Positions 36,757 through 47,200 of a stretch of 50,840 nucleotides of DNA are shown here, in pieces. The notes beneath the pieces are model-generated. The model did not search any database. It saw only the letters and a list, made by a program, of their open reading frames with translations, and was not told the DNA's origin. Source of the stretch: Gammaproteobacteria bacterium (lineage in GTDB: Bacteria; Pseudomonadota; Gammaproteobacteria; Steroidobacterales; XN24). The DNA is taken from assembly GCA_035268405.1 (NCBI GenBank), contig DATFKW010000091.1, positions 1 through 50,840 of the forward strand, given 5' to 3'. Both the position numbers and the translations under genes were made by a program. How positions within the stretch are numbered: position 1 is the first letter of the stretch; every line of letters starts with the position of its first letter.

Positions 36757-38975
36757 CGGCCGAGGTCGAAACGCACGCCCGCGATGAAGGCCCGGCCGAT
36801 GATCGGCGCCTCGTCCTTGAAGAAGCTCTGGTGCAGCCGGCCGTCCTCGTCGAGCAGGTTGCGGCCCTGCAGGAAGAAGCGCGCGTCCCGGAGCGCGGCG
36901 GGCTTCCAGACCAGGTCGAAAGACACCAGGTTGAAGCCTTCGGTCTCGTCTTCGGTGGCGGCAGTGTCGTCCTGCTTGAATACGCGCCGGTAATCCACGC
37001 GGAAATCGAGATTCCTCCAGTAGCTGTCCAGTCCCACGCCGAGGCGGGTCGGGGTGATCCGTGGCAGGTTCCCGCCGTCACGCAGCTTGCCGCGCACGTG
37101 ATCGCCGCTGACGCGCAGCGTCACGGGCAGCGGTCCCCCGGCGAGATCGATGGCGGCCGCGAACTCCGCGCCGTAGAACTCGGCGTCCACCTGGCGGTTG
37201 AAGACCAGCTGGTTGCCCAGCTCGCACAGGCCGCCCTCGCCGGGCTGGCAGTCCGCCGCCGTGCCCTCGCCCGCGCGGTCGCCCAGGTCGTTGACGAACA
37301 CCGGGTTGCCGCTGCCGTCGTCCTCCGATGCCAGGAAGATGAAGTCGCTGACGCGGTTGTAGAACATCGTGAAGTCATAGCTGAAGCGGCCCGCGTGGCG
37401 GTCGATGCCGATCTCCAGGTTGAGGTAGCGCTCCTTGTCCAGCGAAGGGTCGCCGATCTCGAAGGTCCCGGCAGCGGCGTGGCGCCCGAAGGCCCACAGC
37501 TGCTCGGGGGAGGGCGCGCGTTCCGCGTGCGTCAGCGTGGCGCGTAGATGTCCTGTCCGGTCGAGTTCCACGATGGTGCCGGCAGAGACGCTCACCGGCG
37601 TGAAGCTGCGCGCTGATACCTGCGCGGGGAACGGCAGGAAAGTCCCGTCGGCCAGCGTGATGCCGTCGATGGCGTTCACCGGGACCGCGTCCGGGTCGCT
37701 GCGCTCGCGCTCGACGCGGGCGCCCAGCTCGAGCCGCCCGAAGCCGGTGGGCAGTTCCTCCAGCACGAACAGCGCCGTGGAGCGGGTACGGTTCGGGCGC
37801 ACGTAGAAGTTGTCGTCGCCCTCGGCCTCGGCGAGGAAGTCCCGGTCGCGATGCTGCAGCCCGATCACGCCCGACCAGTTGCCGAGCGGCTTGTGCATCA
37901 TCTCCAGGCGGGTTTCGAACTCGTCGTTATCGAAGCCCGCCTCGACCTCGCGCTCGTCCAGCACGGCGCCTTCGGGCGTGCGCTCGAACTCGAATCCCAC
38001 CTCCTGCTGGCTGAACTCCGTGTAGGCCATTTTCGCCCGCAGCAGCCTGAAGCCGGGCAGCGGCTCCTCGAGCACGGCGCGCAGGTCGGCACGGTCGTAG
38101 TCCGCGAGAATGCGCTCGAATTCGTCACCCCGGCCACCCATGTCCAGCGGCCGCGGATCGAAGTTTTCCGGCACCCCGTAGTCCGTTTCCCAGCTGCTGA
38201 CGCCCAGCCCGACATGACCGCGTGCACCGCGGAACAGGCCGGTGGCTGAATAGGAGTCGGTCTCGATGCTCGAGTTGCGCAGGCGGTCACGGTTGCTTTC
38301 CACCTGGTCAACGCCCTGGAAGCCGTTGATGGAAAAGTCGTCCGTGCGCCGCAGGCTGCCGTCGGCGCGCAGCACGAACTGTTCACTCAGGGGCGCCTCC
38401 AGGGCGAGGCGCCCGCGCCGGTCATTGCCGTTTTCACCGTAGGACAGGGCGCCGCTGGTGACCACGCCGTCGCCGAATTGCGGGCTGAAGCGCCCGGTGC
38501 GCACGTTGATGACGCCGCCGGCGGCCCCGCTGCCGTAGAGCAGCGTTGCGGGGCCGCGGAAGACCTCGATCTGTTCCGCGTGCGCGGTGTCGATCCCCAG
38601 CGCATGGTCGGCGCCTTCGCCTGAGATGTCGGCGACGCTCATGCCGTCCTCCAGCACTTCCACCCGCGAGCCCTGCAGCCCCCGGATGACCGGCCGGCCG
38701 ACGCCGGGGCCGAAGTCGGCGTTGGCTACGCCCGGCAATCCGTCCAGCACCTCGCCCAGCGTCCCTGCCTGGCGCAGTTCGAGCGCGTCGCCGGCCAGCA
38801 CGTGGACCGGCTGGATCAGTTCGTCGGCGCTGCGGTCGCCGCGCGGGTCGGCCGTGACGACCACCGGCGACAGCGTCGTGTCGCCGCGCGGACCGGTCTC
38901 TTCGTCGGCGTGGACGGCAGCGACGTTGAGCAGCGCGGCAAGCGTTGCCACGCTGCATGAGCAGATCGTTTTCAT
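36753..38975 (-). CDS. TonB-dependent outer-membrane receptor, ZnuD-like subfamily
   Basis: Signal peptide, TonB-box-like PVVVTA, RPVIRGL, IEVFRGPATLLYGSGAAGGVINV, ERAP, GRHAAAGTFEIGD, RNLLD, C-terminal VRFDL. Confidence 0.92.
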   Translation of the reverse strand: MKTICSCSVATLAALLNVAAVHADEETGPRGDTTLSPVVVTADPRGDRSADELIQPVHVLAGDALELRQAGTLGEVLDGLPGVANADFGPGVGRPVIRGLQGSRVEVLEDGMSVADISGEGADHALGIDTAHAEQIEVFRGPATLLYGSGAAGGVINVRTGRFSPQFGDGVVTSGALSYGENGNDRRGRLALEAPLSEQFVLRADGSLRRTDDFSINGFQGVDQVESNRDRLRNSSIETDSYSATGLFRGARGHVGLGVSSWETDYGVPENFDPRPLDMGGRGDEFERILADYDRADLRAVLEEPLPGFRLLRAKMAYTEFSQQEVGFEFERTPEGAVLDEREVEAGFDNDEFETRLEMMHKPLGNWSGVIGLQHRDRDFLAEAEGDDNFYVRPNRTRSTALFVLEELPTGFGRLELGARVERERSDPDAVPVNAIDGITLADGTFLPFPAQVSARSFTPVSVSAGTIVELDRTGHLRATLTHAERAPSPEQLWAFGRHAAAGTFEIGDPSLDKERYLNLEIGIDRHAGRFSYDFTMFYNRVSDFIFLASEDDGSGNPVFVNDLGDRAGEGTAADCQPGEGGLCELGNQLVFNRQVDAEFYGAEFAAAIDLAGGPLPVTLRVSGDHVRGKLRDGGNLPRITPTRLGVGLDSYWRNLDFRVDYRRVFKQDDTAATEDETEGFNLVSFDLVWKPAALRDARFFLQGRNLLDEDGRLHQSFFKDEAPIIGRAFIAGVRFDLGR

Positions 38976-38979
38976 CGTT

Positions 38980-39076
38980 CTTCCTCGTTCCTTTACAGCA
39001 ATCGCACGGCGCCCCGGCGCCCGGCCGCTGGCCGGGGCGAAGCCCGTAGGTTGGTTCGTTCAGCTGCAGGAGGAAG
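38980..39076 (-). promoter_or_regulatory. Putative SD-sequestering stem-loop between the leader ORF and the TonB receptor
   Basis: mRNA CUUCCUC (39070-39076) complements SD GAGGAAG (38980-38986); UGCAGC (39063-39068) pairs with GCUGUA (38994-38999); inner perfect 9-bp inverted repeat 39010-39018/39031-39039. Confidence 0.6.
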
Positions 39077-39362
39077 GAGGTCCCCGCGGAAGGGGGGCGG
39101 GCGCCCGGCGTGCCACGACCGGGCGAACACGCGGGCCCGGCGACGCCGCCATCGGCACAAAATCGGGCGAGGGGAGCGCGGCCGGGGGTGCACCGGTCCC
39201 GCCGCGCTCCACGACCAGGCAGAATTCGCAGGACGCGTCGGACGGATGGTGCGCGACCGCCTGGTGCCATTCGACGGCGACGAAGCGCAGCACGAGCACC
39301 AGCATCGCCAGGAAGGCGAGGCGCTTGATGCCGCGAGTTGCTGTGTCGCCGACCAGGTTCAT
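39060..39362 (-). CDS. DUF2946/CruR/CutF-like leader protein (hydrophobic segment, CxxC, RGPP)
   Basis: GGAGGAG RBS; KRLAFLAMLVLVLRFVAV; HHPSDASCEFC; Pro-rich tail ending PLPRGPPSSCS; upstream of a TonB receptor. Confidence 0.85.
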   Translation of the reverse strand: MNLVGDTATRGIKRLAFLAMLVLVLRFVAVEWHQAVAHHPSDASCEFCLVVERGGTGAPPAALPSPDFVPMAASPGPRVRPVVARRAPAPLPRGPPSSCS

Positions 39363-39380
39363 GGGCGTCTCCTCCAGCTT

Positions 39381-39453
39381 AAGGTACCCCAGCTGTCAAG
39401 CCCGTCCAAGCGCGATAAAGTCGCGCTTGCGGCCGGATTCCCCGTGCTACACT
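39381..39453. promoter_or_regulatory. Divergent promoters for the leader ORF/receptor and holA
   Basis: Minus: TTGGAC (39404-39409), 17 bp, TACCTT (39381-39386). Plus: extended -10 TG-c-TACACT (39445-39453). Confidence 0.45.
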
Positions 39454-39493
39454 GCCGATGCGATGAAAAATACCGGGAACAACACCCCCGCCC

Positions 39494-40567
39494 GTGGCAC
39501 TCTCGCCTGAACAGCTCGAGGCCGGCCTCGACCGCCGCCTCGCGCCCGCCTACCTGATCGCCGGTGACGAACCCCTGCTCGTGCAGGAGTGCGCCGACGC
39601 CGTGCGCAGGAAGGCCAGGGAGACCGGCTTCGAGGAGCGCGAAGTGCATGCGGTGGAGCGCGGCTTCGACTGGGCCGCCTTCGAGAGCGATCTCGCCAGC
39701 CTCTCCCTGTTTGCCAGCCGCCGCCTGGTCGAGCTGCGCCTGAAAACGCCCGGCGCCGCCGCGCCGGGGGCGGAAGCGTTTGCGCGCTTTGCCGCCAGCC
39801 CGCCCGACGACGTGCTGCTGATGGTCATCGCGCCGAAAATGGACAAGCGCGCGCAGCAGTCAGGATGGTTCAAGGCGCTCGCCGGTGCGGGCGAGTTCGT
39901 CGACGTGCGGCCGGTGGAGGCGCCGGCGCTGCCCGCATGGATCCAGGCGCGCCTGCGCAAGGTCGGCCTGCGCGCCGACGCCGCTGCCGTGCGGCTGCTG
40001 GTGGAACGGGTCGAGGGCAACCTGCTGGCGGCGCACCAGGAGATCGAAAAACTGCGCCTGCTCTGCGGCGAGGGCGAGATCGACGCCGAGCGCGTCCGCG
40101 AAGCCGTGGCCGACAGCGCGCGCTTCGACATTTTCAAGCTGGCGGACGCGGCGGTGAGCGGCGACACGGGCCGCGCCCTGCGCATTCTCGGCGGCCTGCG
40201 GGCCGAGGGGCTGGCGATCCCGCTGGTGCTCTGGCCGCTGGCGCGGGAAATCCGCGCGCTGGTGAGGGTCCGCTGGCACATCGACCAGGGCCTGGCGCCG
40301 CAGGCCGCCATGGCGCGGGCCGGCATCTGGCGAAACCGCGCCGGCATGGTGGGACGGGCCGTGACGCGCCACGACGCGGCGGCGCTGCGCCGGATCGCGC
40401 GGCGCCTCGCCCAGGTGGACCGCGTCTCCAAGGGCGCCGCGCCGGGCAATGCCGCGGCCCGCGCCGCCGTGGAGCGTCCGCGAAACTGGCCGAGGCCGTG
40501 CGATCCCTGGGGCGAGCTCGCGGAACTGGTCCGGATGGTCGCGGGGCCAGAGCGGCGCGCCGCGTGA
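39494..40567 (+). CDS. holA: DNA polymerase III delta subunit
   Basis: AYLIAGDEPLL, SLSLFASRRLVEL, VEGNLLAAHQEIEKL, SARFDIF. Confidence 0.96.
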   Translation: MALSPEQLEAGLDRRLAPAYLIAGDEPLLVQECADAVRRKARETGFEEREVHAVERGFDWAAFESDLASLSLFASRRLVELRLKTPGAAAPGAEAFARFAASPPDDVLLMVIAPKMDKRAQQSGWFKALAGAGEFVDVRPVEAPALPAWIQARLRKVGLRADAAAVRLLVERVEGNLLAAHQEIEKLRLLCGEGEIDAERVREAVADSARFDIFKLADAAVSGDTGRALRILGGLRAEGLAIPLVLWPLAREIRALVRVRWHIDQGLAPQAAMARAGIWRNRAGMVGRAVTRHDAAALRRIARRLAQVDRVSKGAAPGNAAARAAVERPRNWPRPCDPWGELAELVRMVAGPERRAA

Positions 40568-41241
40568 GCGCTCGCCCGGAGCCGGGCCCGGTCGGGGTCT
40601 TCGGCGGCACCTTCGATCCGATCCACTACGGGCACCTGCGCACGGCTTTCGAGCTGCTCGAGGCCGCCCGGCTGGACCACGTGCGCTTCGTGCCCGCGGG
40701 GCGCCCGCCGCACCGCGACGCCGTGCATGCGGACGCCGCCACGCGCGTCGCGCTGGTGGCGGCCGCGATCGGCGACGAGCCGCGCTTCGTCCTGGACGAG
40801 CGCGAGTTGCAGCGCGCGGGCCCCTCCTACACGGTGGACACGCTGACAGACCTGCGGGCCGAGTTCCCGGCACGCCCGCTGTGCCTGGTGATCGGCATGG
40901 ACGCCTTCCTGGGCCTGCCCCGCTGGCATCGCTGGCGCGAGATCCTGGCGCTGGCGCACCTGCTGGTGGCGCACCGGCCCGGCTGGCGCGCCCCCGAGAA
41001 CGGGCCCCTGGGCGAGCTGCTGCAGGAGCGCGGCACGGCGGAAGCCGGCGCCTTGCAGGCGGCGCGTGCCGGAAGAGTCCTCGTGCACGAGGTGACGCAG
41101 CTGGAGATTTCCTCCAGCGCGATAAGAGAGCTGGCCAGGGCGGGGCGGGAGCCGCGCTACCTGGTGCCCGATCCGGTATGCCGGCTGCTGGCCGGATCGG
41201 GCTGTTATGCATCGCAGCCGCAGAGAGGCATTGATGGCTGA
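40564..41241 (+). CDS. nadD: Nicotinate-nucleotide adenylyltransferase
   Basis: FGGTFDPIHYGHL, SYTVDTL, ISSSAIR; GTGA overlap with holA. Confidence 0.97.
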   Translation: MSARPEPGPVGVFGGTFDPIHYGHLRTAFELLEAARLDHVRFVPAGRPPHRDAVHADAATRVALVAAAIGDEPRFVLDERELQRAGPSYTVDTLTDLRAEFPARPLCLVIGMDAFLGLPRWHRWREILALAHLLVAHRPGWRAPENGPLGELLQERGTAEAGALQAARAGRVLVHEVTQLEISSSAIRELARAGREPRYLVPDPVCRLLAGSGCYASQPQRGIDG

Positions 41242-41587
41242 AGAATCCTTGCAAAGCATCGTAGTGAGCGCGCTGGAAGACCTGAAGGCGCGGGACGTGC
41301 TCGTGCTGGACGTGCGCGGGCTGACCAGCATCGCTGACAGCATGGTCATTGCGAGCGGGACTTCCGACCGGCATGTCCGGTCGCTCGCCGAGAACGTGAT
41401 CGAGAAATGCAGGGAAGGCGGCCACAAGCCCCTGGGCGTGGAAGGGCTCAAGGACGGCGAATGGGTGCTCGTCGACCTGCAGGAGATCCTGGTCCACGTG
41501 ATGCGGCCGAGCACGCGCGCCTTCTACAACCTCGAGAAGCTGTGGGCGCCGCCGGCCCGCTCCGGGCGCGCTTCGGCCGAGGCCTGA
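41234..41587 (+). CDS. rsfS: Ribosome silencing factor
   Basis: LEDLKARD, VIASGTSDRHV, WVLVDL, FYNLEKLW. Confidence 0.97.
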   Translation: MAEESLQSIVVSALEDLKARDVLVLDVRGLTSIADSMVIASGTSDRHVRSLAENVIEKCREGGHKPLGVEGLKDGEWVLVDLQEILVHVMRPSTRAFYNLEKLWAPPARSGRASAEA

Positions 41588-41593
41588 AGACGC

Positions 41594-42061
41594 GTGCAGC
41601 TGAGGCTGGTGGCCGTCGGCACCCGCATGCCCCGCTGGGTGGACGAGGGCTTCGCCGACTATGCCGGGCGCATGCCGCGCGAATGCCGGCTGACGCTGCG
41701 CGCCCTCAAGCTCGGCCAGCGCGGCCGCGGCGCGGATCCGCTGCGGGCGGTGGCGGACGAGGGGCGGCGCCTGCTGGCGGCCTCCGAGGGCTGCACGCGC
41801 GTCTGCCTGGACGTGCGCGGCAAAGCGGTGGATACGGCAGGGCTCGCCGACAAGCTGGCGAACTGGCTGCGTGAAGGGCGCGAGGTGGCCTTCCTGGTCG
41901 GCGGCCCCGACGGCCTGCCGGCGGAGTGCCTGGAAGCCGCGGACTGGCGCTGGTCGCTGTCGGCGCTGACTTTGCCCCACGGGCTGGTGCGCGTCATGCT
42001 CGCCGAGCAGCTCTACCGGGCCTGGACGGTGCTTTCCAGCCACCCCTACCACCGCGAGTAA
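41594..42061 (+). CDS. rlmH: 23S rRNA pseudouridine-1915 N3-methyltransferase
   Basis: [33 protein letters not shown]. Confidence 0.97.
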   Translation: MQLRLVAVGTRMPRWVDEGFADYAGRMPRECRLTLRALKLGQRGRGADPLRAVADEGRRLLAASEGCTRVCLDVRGKAVDTAGLADKLANWLREGREVAFLVGGPDGLPAECLEAADWRWSLSALTLPHGLVRVMLAEQLYRAWTVLSSHPYHRE

Positions 42062-42110
42062 GCCGGCCGGGGCGCTTGTAACGCCGCGGCGCAGCGGTGA
42101 AACTGGCGTC

Positions 42111-42725
42111 ATGGATTCCGTTGCACTGGTGCTGGCGTCAGCTTCGCCGCGACGCAGGCAGCTGCTGGCGCCGTTCGGCCTGGCGCTGGACGTCTCGCCC
42201 GTCGATATCGACGAAACGCCTCGCCCGGGAGAGGCGCCGGAGGCGCTCGCCCGCCGGCTGGCCGCCGCGAAAGCCGCGGCCGCCGCCCGTGATGCGCCGC
42301 AGCGGTTGGTGCTGGCGGCCGACACGGTGGTGGCGCTTGAGGAGCGCGTGCTCGGCAAACCCGCCGATGCGGCGGACGCGCGGCGCATGCTGCATGCACT
42401 CTCCGGGCGCCGCCACCAGGTACACACGGCCGTTGCCGTGCGGCGCGGCGCCGAGGCCGGCCTGTGCCTGTCGAGCAGCGAAGTGGACTTCCGCGCCCTG
42501 TCGGCCGGGGAAATCGACGCCTACGTCGCCACCGGCGAGCCGCTCGACAAGGCCGGCGCCTACGGCATCCAGGGCCTGGCCGCCATTTTCGTCGCCCGCC
42601 TGAGCGGCAGCCACAGCGGCGTGGTCGGCCTGCCCTTGTGCGAGACGGCCGAGCTGCTGGGACGTTTCGGCGTGCGCCTGCTGCCTGCAAGCGTGGCGAC
42701 CGCGCGCGGAGAAACCGTTATATGA
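42111..42725 (+). CDS. maf: Maf family nucleoside triphosphate pyrophosphatase (YhdE type)
   Basis: [27 protein letters not shown]. Confidence 0.95.
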   Translation: MDSVALVLASASPRRRQLLAPFGLALDVSPVDIDETPRPGEAPEALARRLAAAKAAAAARDAPQRLVLAADTVVALEERVLGKPADAADARRMLHALSGRRHQVHTAVAVRRGAEAGLCLSSSEVDFRALSAGEIDAYVATGEPLDKAGAYGIQGLAAIFVARLSGSHSGVVGLPLCETAELLGRFGVRLLPASVATARGETVI

Positions 42726-44188
42726 GCGAAGAGATCCTCGTCAACGTCACGCCGCGCGAAACGCGCGCGGCGCTCCTCGAGAACGGCGTCCTGCACGAGG
42801 TGTTCATCGAGCGTGACAGCCGGCGCGGGCTTGCCGGCAACGTCTACAAGGGGCGGGTGCAGCGCGTCCTGCCCGGCATGCAGGCCGCCTTCGTGGACAT
42901 CGGCCTGGACCGCACCGCTTTTCTGCATGCCTCCGACATCATGCGGGGCAGGGGACCGGAAGCGGAGGCCGTCACGGAAGGCCAGCCTGAAGTGCGCGAC
43001 CTGGTCAGCGAGGGCCAGGACATACTGGTGCAGGTGGTCAAGGATCCCATCGGCACCAAGGGCGCGCGCCTGACGACCTTCGTCACCATCCCGTCGCGCT
43101 ACCTCGTGTACCTGCCTTTCGGGCAGGGCCTGGGCGTCTCCACGCGCATCGAGGAAGACGAGGAGCGCACGCGGCTGCGGGAAATCCTCGAGGACATTTC
43201 GGGGTCGGTCGGCGGCGGGTGGATCGTGCGCACCGCCGCGGAACAGGCGCCGCGCGACGCCTTGCGCGCGGACATGCTGTTCCTGCAGAAGCTCTGGGAG
43301 GCGATTTCCGAGCAGGGCGCGAGATCTTCGGCGGGAACGCTGGTGCACGCGGACCTGGACCTGCCGCTGAGGCTGCTGCGCGACCTGCTGGCGCCGCGCG
43401 TGGAGCGCGTGCGCGTCGACGACCCCGGGGCGTATGCGCGCATGCGAAAGTTCGCCAGGACCTTCATCCCCGAGATGGAGCCGAAGATTGCCGAGTACGT
43501 CGAGAACCGCCCGCTGTTCGACCTGCACGGCGTCGAAGAGGAGATCGCCCGGGCCCTGGAATGCAAGGTCTCGCTCAAGTCGGGCGGCTACCTGGTGATC
43601 GACCAGACCGAGGCGATGACGACCATCGATGTGAACACCGGCGCCTACGTGGGTCACCGCAACCTCGAGGAGACCATCTTCCGCACCAACCTGGAGGCCG
43701 CCCAGGCCATCGCCCGGCAGCTGCGGCTCCGGAACCTGGGGGGGATCATCATTGTCGATTTCATCGACATGGAAGAGGAAGACCACCGCCAGCAGGTGCT
43801 GAGCGCCTTCGAGCAGGCGCTGCAGGGCGATCATGCGCGCAACCAGATCACCGAGGTGTCGCGGCTGGGGCTGGTCGAAATGACCCGCAAGCGGACCCGC
43901 GAAAGCCTGGAGCACGTGCTGTGCCGCCCCTGCCCCGCCTGTCTCGGGCGCGGCTCGGTTAAGACTTCGGAGACCGTCTGCTACGAGATCTTTCGCGACA
44001 TCCTGCGCCAGTCCAGGCAGTTCGAGTTTCAGGAACTGCTGGTGCTGGCTCACGCCGAGGTGCTCGACCTGCTGGTGGACGAGGAGGCTTCCAGCCTGGC
44101 GGAACTCGAGTCGCTCACCGGCAAGCCCATCCGCCTGCAGGCCGAGTCCGGCTATTCGCATGACCAGTACGATGTCGTTCCCATCTGA
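42722..44188 (+). CDS. rng: Ribonuclease G
   Basis: [41 protein letters not shown]. Confidence 0.97.
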   Translation: MSEEILVNVTPRETRAALLENGVLHEVFIERDSRRGLAGNVYKGRVQRVLPGMQAAFVDIGLDRTAFLHASDIMRGRGPEAEAVTEGQPEVRDLVSEGQDILVQVVKDPIGTKGARLTTFVTIPSRYLVYLPFGQGLGVSTRIEEDEERTRLREILEDISGSVGGGWIVRTAAEQAPRDALRADMLFLQKLWEAISEQGARSSAGTLVHADLDLPLRLLRDLLAPRVERVRVDDPGAYARMRKFARTFIPEMEPKIAEYVENRPLFDLHGVEEEIARALECKVSLKSGGYLVIDQTEAMTTIDVNTGAYVGHRNLEETIFRTNLEAAQAIARQLRLRNLGGIIIVDFIDMEEEDHRQQVLSAFEQALQGDHARNQITEVSRLGLVEMTRKRTRESLEHVLCRPCPACLGRGSVKTSETVCYEIFRDILRQSRQFEFQELLVLAHAEVLDLLVDEEASSLAELESLTGKPIRLQAESGYSHDQYDVVPI

Positions 44189-44269
44189 GCGACTTGTGGA
44201 GCGACCTGTCGGGCGACACGCCCGGCCAGGTGGCCAGCGCCGGCGCGCGTGGGGGGCGCGGTGCCGGGC

Positions 44270-47200
44270 GTGATCCGGAAACTCTGGCGCATCGCCGCCG
44301 GGCTGTTCGCCGGCGCTGTCATCCTGGCGGCGCTGCTGGTGGGCGGGCTGCGGCTGGCGCTGGTCCAGGCGCCGGAATACCGCGAACAGGTCGAGGCGCG
44401 CGTGAGCGAGGCGCTCGGCCGCCCCGTGGAGCTTGGCTCGATGGACGCGCGACTGGGCCTGCGCGGGCCCGAGCTGAGTTTCACCGATGCGCAGGTGATG
44501 AGTCGCGACGGCGAGCGTCGCGTGCTGGCGGCATCTGGAGGCGCCCTGCAGTTCGACCCGTGGTCGCTTTTGCAGGGCGAGCTGAGCCCGGCTTCGGTCC
44601 GTCTGCGCGGCGTCCGTTTGCGCGTGGAACGCGATGCCCAAGGCGACTGGCGCCTGCTCGGTAGCGAAGCCTTGCATGAGCCGCGCGCCCGGGACACAAG
44701 CTGGCCGGTAATCGCGGAACTCCCGGCCGGGCGGCTCGAGCTCCAGGATCTCGAGATCGAGCTGGATGACCGGCAGCGGGATCTCGGGCCCTGGCTGATG
44801 CAGGTCGACCAGCTCGACCTGGAAATCGACGGCGCGCAGCTGAACTTGTCCGCCGACGGGCGGCTGCCCGAAGCGCTGGGCGGCGGCTTCGCGCTTTCGG
44901 CGAGCGTCAGCAGCCAGGATGCGCGGGGCCGCCCGAGCGACTGGCATGTCGGTCTCTCGGTCGACAGGCTGGACCTGGCGGCAGCGCGTGAGCTGGCCGG
45001 GCGGCATGCCGCAGTCCCGTCCGGAGGCGCGGTGGACGGCAGCTTTTCGGCATCCGCGGATTCCGACGGCCTGGCGCGCGTCGCGGGCGAGCTTTCGGCC
45101 ACGAGCCTGCGACTGCCGGTGCCCGCCACCGTGGCGGCCGACGCCCCCGCGCAAGCCGACTACGAGCAGCTCGGCGCCAGCTTCGAATGGCGCCGTGGCG
45201 CCTTCGGCTGGGAGCTCGAGCTTGCCGGCCTCACGGTGGAGCGCGGCGACCGGAACTGGCAAAGCGAGCGGGTCGCGCTGGCGTTCGAGGAGGCATCTTC
45301 CGGGGCGGAAGGGCGGGCCGGTCGTTACCGCCTGAGCGCTGACCGCCTGCGCCTGGAGGATCTCGTGCCCGCGGCGCACTGGCTGCCGGAGAAGGCGCGC
45401 TCCAGGGTGCTGGCGCTTGCACCGCGCGGCATGCTGTTGCAGCTGGAGACTCATGTCGGATGGCCGCTGGCTGACGCCCGGGCGCCCGGCTTTCGCATCG
45501 CCACCCGCTTCGAGGACCTGGCGCTGGCGCCCTTGCGGCCGATGCCCGGCTTGAGCGGGCTCTCGGGCAACCTGGCGGGCGATTCCGACGCAGGCAGCGC
45601 GCAGCTGCGGGGCAGCGGCGCGCGCGTCGAGTTGCCCTGGTTGTTCCGGGACGCCATCGCCTTGCGGGAGGCGGCGCTGGAGCTGGAATGGAGCCGTGAC
45701 CCGGAAAGCCTCCGGCTGCGCGTCGCCAGGCTGGAGGCCGCCAACCAGGACGCCGCGGTCAGCGCGAGCGGCCAGCTGGAGATTCCGGGGGACGGCGCCT
45801 CGCCGCGCATCGATCTGGAAGCAGTGGCCCGCGATGTGCAGCTGGCTGCGGCGCCGCGATACCTGCCGGTCGCGATCATGCCGGAACGCGTCGTGACCTG
45901 GCTGGATAGCGCGCTGCTCGCCGGGCGCGTAGCTGAAGCGCGCGCCGTATTCCGCGGCGCGACGCAGGATTTTCCTTTTCGCGATGACGAGGGACTGTTC
46001 AAGGTCGAGTTCGACATCGCCGACGGCCAGCTCGATTTCCGGCCCGGCTGGCCTTCGGCCGACGCGCTGGCCGCGTCGGTGCGCTTCGAGAACGAGGGGC
46101 TGTGGGCGGAAGTGCAGGAAGCGCGGCTGCTGGAAGTGAAGGCGGGGCCGGCCAGCGTTGCCATTCCGGATCTGCGGCAGGGCCGGCTGAGCATCGAGGG
46201 CGAGGCACGGGGCGAGCTGGGCGAGTTCCGCCGCTTCGCGCTGGCGTCAGACTTCCTGGAGCGCATCCTCGGGCGCGGCCTGGCGCCTGCCGAAGTGCGC
46301 GCCGGAGAGGCGTCGGCGGAGGTCGACCTGCTGCTGCCCTTGCGCTCGATCCGGGACACGCGAGCCGTGGTGGACCTGCAGATCAGCGGCGGCACGGTCG
46401 CCTACGGTTTCCTGGGCGAACCGGTGCGCGACATCGACGCGCGCATCAACATCGACAATGCGCAGGTGAGCGCGCGGGAAATCAGGGCCAGCCTGGCGGG
46501 CGAGGCCTTCTCCGCGGACATCACCGTGCTCGAGGACGGCGCCATCCGCCTGGCGGGCGGAGGGGCAATCGATGCCGGGGGGCTCGCGCGCGTGCTGCGG
46601 CTGCCCATCGACACCTGGGCGCGAGGCACGACGGATTGGCGGGCTCAGCTGCAGTTCCCCGCGCCCGGCAGCCTCGCTCCGCTGGAACTCGCATTTTCCT
46701 CGCAGCTCGAGGGCCTGGCAATCGAGCTGCCGGAACCGTTGTTCAAGTCAGCGGAGCAGGCCCGCCAGCTGCGCGTGAAAGCCGCCTTTCCGACGGCCGG
46801 GCTGGTGGACGCCGAGCTGGAATGGGACGACTCGCTGCGTGTCAACGCAAGGATCGACCGCTCCGGGCCGGAACCCGTGCTGCTCGCGGTGCCCGGCGCC
46901 GTGGAGGGCGAACCGGCGGGGCTCGCTTTCAGCGGCGCGATCAGGGAACTGGACCTGGGCGCCTGGCTGGAGCTGGAATTCCCGGAAAGAATCGACGCGA
47001 GCGGCCTGCCCGCGCAAATCGCCGGGGGACGCGTGCTGATCGGCCACCTGGACGCGCCCTGGTTACCGTCCGACGATCTGCTGCTGGACGTGGCTCGCCA
47101 GGCGGATCACTGGCAGGTGGAGCTGAATGCCATGCGGGTCGAAGGCACGCTGGAAGTGCCGTTTGCGCTCTATGGGGATGAACCGTTGCGGGCCCGGCTC

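Noticed and set aside
39376-39399. Perfect TTGACA paired with TAAGCT upstream of the leader ORF
   Set aside because: Spacer is only 12 bp; TTGGAC-N17-TACCTT fits better
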